A stretch of 32,000 nucleotides of DNA. It comes from Pasteurella multocida. Lineage in GTDB: Bacteria; Pseudomonadota; Gammaproteobacteria; Enterobacterales; Pasteurellaceae. How positions within the stretch are numbered: the stretch's first letter is position 1; the number at the start of each line of letters is the position of its first letter. Shown here in pieces: positions 20,217 through 28,132 of this stretch. The notes beneath the pieces were generated by a model, which worked only from the letters and a program-made list of their open reading frames with translations, did no database searches and was not told the DNA's origin. The stretch spans positions 930,001 to 962,000 of the forward strand of contig NZ_LT906458.1 in the NCBI RefSeq assembly GCF_900187275.1, read 5' to 3'. A program made the translations under genes and the position numbers.

Positions 20217-21060
20217 TTGGAAATACCCTCATTATACCTGGTGCTAGAATTAAAATGATTATTGGGAACATAATAAACAAAATCAATGGGATACTCATTT
20301 TAGCTGATAATGTACCTAACTTTTCCTCAATGATTAATAATTGTATCTCCCTGATATCTGCAGACAACTGAATTAAGTGAGAATAAATTGAAGAACCAAA
20401 ATTTAAACTCTGTTGTAAAACAGTACAAAACATTCTTATTTCTGTTGTTGGCAATGAGATCGAAAGATCCTGTAACGCTTGTGATAATCCCGTAAGTTCA
20501 GATTTTCTAATAATCCTTAACATCACATAAGTAAGATCTGGATTAAGTTTCTTAAAATCGATTGCCACTTGTTTTAAAGCCGCATCAATACTAATCCCTG
20601 TTTGAACATTTACTGCAACTAAGTCAATAAAACCTGGTAAATCTACCATGATTTTTTTCACCTTAGCTTTCAAAATAGCATTTGTCAAAATCCCTGGAAT
20701 GACAATAATAAAAACTAAAATAATAGATAAACCTATGACAAAATTTGAATCGTTTTTTACTGCATATAAATAATATAGGCCTGATAATAATAATGTGACC
20801 AAAAGCTTCACACGTATATTTTTATCTAAAACAGCTAGAATCTTTAAAAAAGGATTATTGTTAATAAGTAGTAATTCTAATTCTATTTGCTGTTTCGTTT
20901 TATTCTTGTCAACATTTTCTTCCCCTTTTTCTTTTGGCCGCTCTCCCGCCAAAATTTCCCTACTTCTTTCTAATTTTTTCTTATGGGATAACGCAATCAG
21001 CAAAACTGCAATCCCAAAAATAATCAAGAGAAAATAAAACAAAATAATCTTCATTGTCAT
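20206..21060 (-). CDS. tadC: TadC inner-membrane type II/IV secretion system F-domain protein
   Basis: PGFIDLVAVNVQTGISIDAALKQVA and EIRMFCTVLQQSLNFGSSI motifs. Start placed at the ATG at 21060, which overlaps the tadB stop as ATGA; the track start is 21084. Confidence 0.9.
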   Translation of the reverse strand: MTMKIILFYFLLIIFGIAVLLIALSHKKKLERSREILAGERPKEKGEENVDKNKTKQQIELELLLINNNPFLKILAVLDKNIRVKLLVTLLLSGLYYLYAVKNDSNFVIGLSIILVFIIVIPGILTNAILKAKVKKIMVDLPGFIDLVAVNVQTGISIDAALKQVAIDFKKLNPDLTYVMLRIIRKSELTGLSQALQDLSISLPTTEIRMFCTVLQQSLNFGSSIYSHLIQLSADIREIQLLIIEEKLGTLSAKMSIPLILFIMFPIIILILAPGIMRVFPNVF

Positions 21061-21941
21061 GTTGATTTCCTCATTAGCCACCAAATAATCAACATACCAA
21101 AGGCTTCACTGCCAAACACATAATACAATACATACCGACCACTAGGATCATTAAGTAAAAAGTCAAAGTTCTCAGGCATAGCGAATTGCATAAAGAGAAA
21201 AAAAGCAATTGGAAAACTTGCCACAATAAAAGCAGACATTCTTGCTTCAGATGTCATTGCTTTTTTCTTTTGCTCCATTTTTTTACTGTCTGCAATAACT
21301 CTCCCTAAGCGCGTAATCACTTCTCTAATCTGTCCACCTTTAGAAAGATTCGTTCTAATTATGGTAATAAAAAAGTAAAATTCTTTATAAGGATATCTGC
21401 TATAACTATCTTCAAATACTGACATTGGGTCTTCTCCCAGCGCCAAACGTTTATGTATAGCTTTAAATTCTTCGCCTAATTGTCCCGTTAAATCTTTGCC
21501 ACAACGTTCTAAAGATTGTAATAAACCCGCACCGCCTGTTGCTGCCGCATTCATAATTTGAATAACTTCAGGAAACATTGCATTAAACATTTTCTGATTA
21601 CGGTATTGCCCTAACTTCCAAACTAAAATAATAAACAAGCAAACAAAAATAAGCACAAATAGCCATCTTTCTAGACGAACATACGCCACATTAATAAAAA
21701 ATAGAATCAAAAAGATAGCACAGCTAATAAAAATATTTCTTGCTAATTTTTTTCTATCACCACCAACAAAATAATATTGCCACAATTGAATTTTTTTCTT
21801 TATTTCCGCAATACGGTTTTTGGTTTTATCAAGAGAAACATCATGTGGATGAATCTTTCTTCTTGTTTTTCTCCACCCTTGAGCTGTATATAAAAACAAA
21901 ATAGCACCAAAAGCGAGAATAAAATAATACATTAAAGTCAT
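21057..21941 (-). CDS. tadB: TadB inner-membrane type II/IV secretion system F-domain protein
   Basis: 294 aa: FPEVIQIMNAAATGGAGLLQSLERCGKDLTGQLGEEFK, FFITIIRTNLSKGGQIREVITRLGRVI. Confidence 0.92.
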   Translation of the reverse strand: MTLMYYFILAFGAILFLYTAQGWRKTRRKIHPHDVSLDKTKNRIAEIKKKIQLWQYYFVGGDRKKLARNIFISCAIFLILFFINVAYVRLERWLFVLIFVCLFIILVWKLGQYRNQKMFNAMFPEVIQIMNAAATGGAGLLQSLERCGKDLTGQLGEEFKAIHKRLALGEDPMSVFEDSYSRYPYKEFYFFITIIRTNLSKGGQIREVITRLGRVIADSKKMEQKKKAMTSEARMSAFIVASFPIAFFLFMQFAMPENFDFLLNDPSGRYVLYYVFGSEAFGMLIIWWLMRKST

Positions 21942-23219
21942 TTACCCACCTTCAAAAATACTTTGTAATTCTGCACTTAAATTGAAGACCTGTGCATTTT
22001 GATATACAACAGAACGAGTTAATAAACCATGAGAAATAAATTCACCCGTAATCTTTCCATTTTCATCGCGATATTTACTTGGTTGATAGGAAAAAATATC
22101 TTGCATAACAATTTGCCCATTTTCCATTCCCATCAATTCCGTAATATTCATGATTTTCCGAGAACCGTCATTCAAACGCGAAGCTTGTACAATAATATTT
22201 ACTGCAGAAGCAATATTACGGCGAATTGCTTCAAGTGGTAAAGACGCATTAGACATCATGACCATACTTTCTAAACGTGCGGTCGCATCACGAGGACTAT
22301 TCGCATGCAGTGTAGACATTGAACCATCGTGTCCCGTATTCATCGCCTGCAACATCTGGAACGCTTCTCCACCACGACATTCCCCCACAATAATACGCTC
22401 AGGACGCATACGTAAGGCATTAATCACAAGATCTTGCATCGTAATTTCGCCTGTACGCTCGACCCCCGCTAGACGTGTTTCTAAACGCACTACATGAGGT
22501 TGTTCTAATCTTAGTTCTGCGGTATCTTCTAACGTAATAACTCGTTCTTGCGGAGAAATATAATTTGATAACGCATTTAATAATGTAGTTTTCCCTGAAC
22601 CTGTACCACCAGAGACAATGATATTCACGCGAGAACGTGCCGCGATAATCAAAAAATTCGCCATTTCACGCGTCATAGAACCAAAATTGACTAATTCTTG
22701 TAATGATTTCTTAGATTTACTAAATTTACGAATAGATATTGAGGTTCCATCTAATGCAATTGGGGCTATCACAACATTCAGACGGCTTCCATCAGGTAAG
22801 CGTGAATCGACTAATGGACTCCCATCATCAATGCGTCTCCCCACTCTTGCCACTAATCTTTTAGCAATATCTGTTAGTTGCTCATTACTAATGAATCTTT
22901 TATCAGTCTTTTCTAGAATACCTGCTCGCTCAACCCAAACATCATCAGGACCATTCACTAGAATATCATTGACCGTCTCATCTTCCATCAATTCTCTAAT
23001 TGGACCATATCCATCTATTTCATCAGCTATGCATTCTGCCATAAACAATGCGTCCGCTGATGTAATATAGATATTTCCTTTACCAGCAACTTTATAAACG
23101 ACTTGCACTAACTCGTCTACAAGCTTATCGCGTTCACTTTGAATCTCATCAATCTTTTCAATATCAAGATTACTTAACAATTCATTTCTAAAAAAAACTT
23201 GCTGTTCTTTGGTTAACAT
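21942..23219 (-). CDS. tadA: TadA secretion ATPase (CpaF family)
   Basis: 425 aa: Walker A IIVSGGTGSGKTTLLNALS; RPERIIVGECRGGEAFQMLQAMNTGHDGSMSTLHANSPRDA; GPIRELMEDETVNDILVNGPDDVWVE. Confidence 0.97.
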   Translation of the reverse strand: MLTKEQQVFFRNELLSNLDIEKIDEIQSERDKLVDELVQVVYKVAGKGNIYITSADALFMAECIADEIDGYGPIRELMEDETVNDILVNGPDDVWVERAGILEKTDKRFISNEQLTDIAKRLVARVGRRIDDGSPLVDSRLPDGSRLNVVIAPIALDGTSISIRKFSKSKKSLQELVNFGSMTREMANFLIIAARSRVNIIVSGGTGSGKTTLLNALSNYISPQERVITLEDTAELRLEQPHVVRLETRLAGVERTGEITMQDLVINALRMRPERIIVGECRGGEAFQMLQAMNTGHDGSMSTLHANSPRDATARLESMVMMSNASLPLEAIRRNIASAVNIIVQASRLNDGSRKIMNITELMGMENGQIVMQDIFSYQPSKYRDENGKITGEFISHGLLTRSVVYQNAQVFNLSAELQSIFEGG

Positions 23220-23238
23220 ATTAGATGTTCTTCTTCAA

Positions 23239-24360
23239 TTAATTACCCATTATCGCTTTTCTTAACGATGAGAATAAACTTTGTCTCTCTTTCTTTTGCT
23301 TATGACGGGATACAGCACCAACGACTTTCATCATGAGTGTATTAATTTCTTTTTTACCTACACGACCTAAATCAATATCTAAAACGGTTTTAGCGTCCGT
23401 TTTTTTCAAAAACGGAATGACAACATCAACCTGACATTTTAATAATGTTTCGATATCACTAATCGCCATTAATTTAGACGTTTCTAATCTAGAATCAGAT
23501 ATACATATAAAAGTACGAATTGGTTTACCAGTGGTACTTCTCATTCTTTCACATTCATCTAAAAATTGTTTGGCTACACGTAATGCAACAATACTCCGTT
23601 CGACAACTAAGACAAAACTGTTGCTATATTCTAAAAATTTAACAAAATCGTCTTTAACGACATTAAAAATTGGCTGATCATAAATAATAAAATTATATTT
23701 ATCCGTCGTCGAAACAGACAAACGAGAAGGAATACCATTAAATAAATCTAGATTGTTAGAATACTCAACGATATCGCCTTGCAATTTTTTATCAAAGGCA
23801 AGATCCAAATCTTGAGAACCATTAGGGCCTTGTGCTAACAACACCGGTACTTTCTTATTTGTGACGATTTCATTAGCTAAATGAGAACTAATTAAGCTTG
23901 CACCAGAACCACCTTTACAACTTAGTACAGAAATTCTCACTGTATGACGAACTAAAGGAATATTCACACCAGATACAATTTTTTCAGCCATTTGGCTCAA
24001 TTGTGTATCTGAGTGAAAATAAAGCACTCCCTCTTCTAATAATTTTTGAGCTAAAGAAATAGAATCGCTTTCACCAATAACACAACACCACACACTTTGA
24101 GGAACAATGCTATAAATATTTTCCGCGATAATTTTGATATCCGTTTCATGTCCTATATCGACAATAACACCTAATGTTTCCTCTGCTAAAAATGCTAAAT
24201 CTGAAGACAAAAAGAAATCAGCCTCAACAATTTCTAGATTTTCTAATCCTCGCGTCCTTAATATTTGTGCAACATCATTTTGAATATGCCCACGGCTAGA
24301 GACGACAATAATCTTTCTAGCACTGTCTACTGTAATATTTTCCTTATCAAGTAATAACAT
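23239..24360 (-). CDS. tadZ: TadZ/CpaE-like MinD-family pilus localisation protein with atypical Walker A
   Basis: 373 aa: VLSCKGGSGASLISSHLANEI, NFIIYDQPIFNVVKDDFVKFLE, position between rcpB and tadA. Confidence 0.88.
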   Translation of the reverse strand: MLLLDKENITVDSARKIIVVSSRGHIQNDVAQILRTRGLENLEIVEADFFLSSDLAFLAEETLGVIVDIGHETDIKIIAENIYSIVPQSVWCCVIGESDSISLAQKLLEEGVLYFHSDTQLSQMAEKIVSGVNIPLVRHTVRISVLSCKGGSGASLISSHLANEIVTNKKVPVLLAQGPNGSQDLDLAFDKKLQGDIVEYSNNLDLFNGIPSRLSVSTTDKYNFIIYDQPIFNVVKDDFVKFLEYSNSFVLVVERSIVALRVAKQFLDECERMRSTTGKPIRTFICISDSRLETSKLMAISDIETLLKCQVDVVIPFLKKTDAKTVLDIDLGRVGKKEINTLMMKVVGAVSRHKQKKERQSLFSSLRKAIMGN

Positions 24361-24376
24361 AAAGCGAACCTTCTTA

Positions 24377-24880
24377 TTAATATTTTAATTGAATGCGCTG
24401 ATTACTTTTCGTTGCACAAGGGTTGAGTCCATCCCAACTCATCATATCTTCAGCTGTATCAATTCGACAGTTAGCACGCTTTGTGCCAATTCTTGATACT
24501 TCAACATAAAGCGGATAAAGCGCTTTTTTATATTCGCTACGCACAAGTTTAATCGATGCAGCTTCAACGCCTTTGTTTATCAAAAATTTACGCATACCAG
24601 TGGCTTTTTTTTCTGATTCTTTATTCGACCAAATAATATGAACACGCTTATTCCTATCACTGCCTACATCTCTAAGCACTGAATAAAGCACATTATGGTA
24701 AACTACATCGGAATATTCCGACACCACATAACGATTCACTAACTGTGTACGACTAAATCCATTTAATTGCACCGGCTGTGCTACGTTAGTGTTAGTTACT
24801 AATTCATTTTTAGAAAATGCTACACCTTGTGCAGAATACATCAACGTAACAAAGACAATACTTGTGACTAATTTTCTCAT
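24377..24880 (-). CDS. rcpB: RcpB outer-membrane-associated rough colony protein
   Basis: 167 aa with signal peptide MRKLVTSIVFVTLMYSAQGVAFS; assigned mainly by position between rcpA and tadZ. Confidence 0.78.
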   Translation of the reverse strand: MRKLVTSIVFVTLMYSAQGVAFSKNELVTNTNVAQPVQLNGFSRTQLVNRYVVSEYSDVVYHNVLYSVLRDVGSDRNKRVHIIWSNKESEKKATGMRKFLINKGVEAASIKLVRSEYKKALYPLYVEVSRIGTKRANCRIDTAEDMMSWDGLNPCATKSNQRIQLKY

Positions 24881-26289
24881 TGGATGAACCCTCCATTTCT
24901 TAAGAAATTAGTGCTTAATGTTTTATGATACACATTTTTAATCGGTGTCAGATTAAAAAAGCGTTCCATAGTCCCTGTTTGTTCAAAAGTAGGATACACA
25001 ATATCACTTTCATGTACTGGTTTCACTACATTTACTGTTGCAACAATCACGAGCTCTTTATCTTCTCGATCTGTTCTTGCATTACGGAAAAATGAGCCTA
25101 ATATTGGGATATCACCTAGCAGTGGTACTTTATTTATTCCTTCCGCATCCTGAGAACTAAATAGTCCTCCAATAATAAAACTTTCCCCATCTGCGACTTC
25201 AAAAATAGATTTCGCACGACGTGTATTGAAATAAGGCACAGTACCTACATTATCATAAGCATAGCTTCCTGCAATCGTACTTACACTTTGATCTAGTGCT
25301 AAGCGAATACGTTTATTTTTTTGTACCTTTGCCCCCACAATCAACTTGACTCCAAATTCTTTATAAATGATTGTTGCACTACCCTCTTTATCTTTTTGAG
25401 CAAAAGGTAATTCCCCCCCAACCAAAATATCTGCTGTTTCTCCTGATAAGAGAGAAATACTTGGTTCAGCCAAAATTTTGCCGTTATCCTGATTATTTAA
25501 AGCATTAATAAAAGCTGAAACACCGGTTGCATTTATATTAAGCGTTGAACCACTGCTTCCACCGAAACCACCGCTTAAAGAGACACTTCCACCAAGTAAC
25601 GGTCCACTATGGACACCAACCACTCTTCCCCAGTTAATACCTAAAGCTTCAGTGAGTTTCTTATTAACTTCGACAACGGAGAGTTTCACATTAATTTGTG
25701 TTGTATCTGCTACATTTGCATTATTAATCACACCATCAAATTGATATTTATCCAAAAACGGAATATATTCCTTTGCACCTTCAGAACGATTAAACATTGT
25801 TTCTGTGACTTTTTTGCCATTTCCTAACGCCTCACCTACAATACGATGAGCTTCTTCACTTTCCTCTAGCGTACGTGCTTTCCCTTCTATCACATATGCT
25901 TTCCCGACTTTCTTAACTGAGAGGTTTGAATTAGGAAAGCGTGCTTTAATTTGACGATTCGTATCAGATATATCGTTGATATTACTAATTAGTGGATTCA
26001 CATTAATAAAATCCGTGGTTAAAGGCTTACCGTCTTGACCGAAAGCAGTGACCTCTGCTCTTCCTTCTTCTTTGGCATAAATAATAAAACTATTATCATC
26101 TAAGATTTCATAATCGGCTACGGAAGGCGAAGAGACAAAAATAGTATCAATTTTCTCGTCAGTACGAACAAGTTTTGTTCCACCTTGCTCTAAATTAAAG
26201 GTCTTAGAGTACACTAAAGATGACCAAATCAATCCGCTTCCAATTAATAACACAGAAAGCCATTTTTTTGTTATACATTTATTATTCAT
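24877..26289 (-). CDS. rcpA: RcpA secretin (CpaC/type II and III secretion system protein)
   Basis: 470 aa: signal peptide, VEVNKKLTEALGINWG, AEPSISLLSGETADILVGGELPF, FEVADGESFIIGGLFSSQDAEGINKVPLLGDIPILGSFFR secretin signature. Confidence 0.95.
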   Translation of the reverse strand: MNNKCITKKWLSVLLIGSGLIWSSLVYSKTFNLEQGGTKLVRTDEKIDTIFVSSPSVADYEILDDNSFIIYAKEEGRAEVTAFGQDGKPLTTDFINVNPLISNINDISDTNRQIKARFPNSNLSVKKVGKAYVIEGKARTLEESEEAHRIVGEALGNGKKVTETMFNRSEGAKEYIPFLDKYQFDGVINNANVADTTQINVKLSVVEVNKKLTEALGINWGRVVGVHSGPLLGGSVSLSGGFGGSSGSTLNINATGVSAFINALNNQDNGKILAEPSISLLSGETADILVGGELPFAQKDKEGSATIIYKEFGVKLIVGAKVQKNKRIRLALDQSVSTIAGSYAYDNVGTVPYFNTRRAKSIFEVADGESFIIGGLFSSQDAEGINKVPLLGDIPILGSFFRNARTDREDKELVIVATVNVVKPVHESDIVYPTFEQTGTMERFFNLTPIKNVYHKTLSTNFLRNGGFIQ

Positions 26290-27098
26290 GATTTGTTACC
26301 TCTTAATTTTCTAATAAACACACCACGGTTATTTGAACTTTCCGCTTCATCAACTGAAGGCAATACAATTAATTTAGAGTCTTTCTCAAGTTCATAAAAC
26401 ATTTTAGCTTGATTTGCATTGACTTTAAGACTGATATAGCCAATATATTCACCTGCTAATTCATCTTCTTTTTTCGCAGAATCATTATTTTCATCTAGTA
26501 CCTGAAATACATAGACTTGCAATACTAAAAGCTTATTAATGATTTTTATTAAACTATTTTTATCAATACTTTCTTCTCTTGCACGATAGGCAATTTTTTG
26601 GTTATACACCGACACATAATCACCACTGCGTAAAGTATCCAAAATATAACGTTCTGTTGGTTTTAAATAAATTCTAAACGCAATCTCTTGTTTGGTATCT
26701 AAACTAGACATCAAAAAACGAGAATCATTAGGTGAAATAACAACGGATGGAGAAAGTAAAGAACCTGATTTTAAATTTTCAGAAATCAAATGACCTTGAA
26801 GTGTTTTGAATTTGGAAAGTGCTAACACATCAGTTAAATCATTATTTATAAGTGGATTATCTTCCGTCACTTTAATTTCAGTTAACGAATAATCTTCAAC
26901 TTGTAATAAGTTACCAGCCTGAATATCTCGCTTAAGCTCGGCAAGAGTGATTAATTTTTCTGGTTTTTTTTCAGTCTCAGATAAGGCAACACCACCTTCC
27001 CCAACACTTGAGCTATCCCCAGTTGGCATAAATAAGATCCCCCCGACACCAACAACCAGCGTAAGAAGAGAAATGATAAATAGCATTCTATAATTCAT
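26286..27098 (-). CDS. rcpC: RcpC/CpaB-like Flp pilus assembly protein
   Basis: 270 aa: MNYRMLFIISLLTLVVGVGGI, SAF-like region LKRDIQAGNLLQVEDYSLTEIKV...LKSGSLLSPSVV. Confidence 0.88.
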   Translation of the reverse strand: MNYRMLFIISLLTLVVGVGGILFMPTGDSSSVGEGGVALSETEKKPEKLITLAELKRDIQAGNLLQVEDYSLTEIKVTEDNPLINNDLTDVLALSKFKTLQGHLISENLKSGSLLSPSVVISPNDSRFLMSSLDTKQEIAFRIYLKPTERYILDTLRSGDYVSVYNQKIAYRAREESIDKNSLIKIINKLLVLQVYVFQVLDENNDSAKKEDELAGEYIGYISLKVNANQAKMFYELEKDSKLIVLPSVDEAESSNNRGVFIRKLRGNKS

Positions 27099-27139
27099 TA
27101 TAGCCCCTTAAATTTTATATAGTTTATCTTGTAAATAAT

Positions 27140-27592
27140 TTAGCTAAATAAGAATAAATTGGTCAAAAAACCACAACTAATTGCGACACCATAGGGTAAA
27201 CCATGTTGTCTAATGGAATGTCTAAAAAAAAGAAATCCAATGATGATTAAAAATAAACCCGAAAATGCTGTAAAAAGAAAAAAGTATATTATTTGAGAAT
27301 GAGGTATAGTTAACATTAACACCGACATCAGCTTGATATCGCCAGCCCCCATAACCCCAAATGTAAATAGCAAAAAACCAATAACTAATGTTAATAATGC
27401 AGGCAGAAAAAAAATCTGTTTATATTGAATCCATGCCAGTGGCACAATGACTAAAAGTAACAAAAACACAATTTTATTACTAATAATTCTTGACCGTATA
27501 TCCGTCCAAGAAAGAATTATTAATAATATCACTGTTATACAATGAAGAGAAAAGATAACTATATCACTCACGGCATCCAAACCTAAAAACAA
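27140..27592 (-). CDS. tadV: TadV prepilin peptidase (A24 family)
   Basis: 150 aa: LSWTDIRSRIISNKI and FGVMGAGDIKLMSVL carry the paired catalytic Asp motifs of A24 peptidases. Confidence 0.92.
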   Translation of the reverse strand: MFLGLDAVSDIVIFSLHCITVILLIILSWTDIRSRIISNKIVFLLLLVIVPLAWIQYKQIFFLPALLTLVIGFLLFTFGVMGAGDIKLMSVLMLTIPHSQIIYFFLFTAFSGLFLIIIGFLFFRHSIRQHGLPYGVAISCGFLTNLFLFS

Positions 27593-27596
27593 TCAC

Positions 27597-27776
27597 TTAT
27601 TTCAGTGCATTCACTACTGTAGATTTTAACAAGTCAAATTTCGCTTGGAGAGCAATAACAAGTCCATTATCATTGTAAAGCATCGATACAATAAAAACGG
27701 CAATCACTGCGGAAATAAGTCCATATTCAATTGACGTAATTCCTCTCTGACATTTAAGAAAATTGGAAAAACCCAT
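27597..27776 (-). CDS. flp2: Flp2 prepilin, second Flp-family pilin; absent from the supplied ORF track (59 aa)
   Basis: Direct translation of the minus strand: MGFSNFLKCQRGITSIEYGLISAVIAVFIVSMLYNDNGLVIALQAKFDLLKSTVVNALK*. It has the Flp signature G|ITSIEYGL followed by a hydrophobic segment and sits between flp1 and tadV. Confidence 0.9.
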   Translation of the reverse strand: MGFSNFLKCQRGITSIEYGLISAVIAVFIVSMLYNDNGLVIALQAKFDLLKSTVVNALK

Positions 27777-27895
27777 CGTTATATTTGTTCACTATACTAA
27801 ATAACAGCTAACTTACTACAAATAATGTAGACTGCAAGTAAGCTAGCTATTATATAAAATAAAAAAACTAACTGGTTATTAAATAGTATTTAGTA

Positions 27896-28132
27896 CTATG
27901 GCTGACTACCACCCACTTGTGCACTAGTTACTGACGTAGTTAAGTCTGTAAATTTCTTCTGAAGTGATTTCACTAAGCCAGTGTCACCATAGAACGCAGC
28001 AACGATTAATACCGCTACAGCTACAGCGATTAAACCGTACTCGATTGCAGTTACACCACGCTCGTCTTTCTTAAAGTTACGAATCGATTCAGTTACAGCG
28101 ATATAAGCTTGAGTTGTTAATTTACTAAACAT
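27896..28132 (-). CDS. flp1: Flp1 major prepilin
   Basis: 78 aa: KDERG|VTAIEYGLIAVAVAVLIVAAFYGDTGLVKSLQKKF; GGAG Shine-Dalgarno-like sequence upstream of the ATG. Confidence 0.95.
   Translation of the reverse strand: MFSKLTTQAYIAVTESIRNFKKDERGVTAIEYGLIAVAVAVLIVAAFYGDTGLVKSLQKKFTDLTTSVTSAQVGGSQP

Noticed and set aside
22029-23070. Plus-strand ORFs at 22029-22241, 22150-22497 and 22618-23070
   Set aside because: Antisense to tadA; conserved ATPase motifs on the minus strand explain the open frames.
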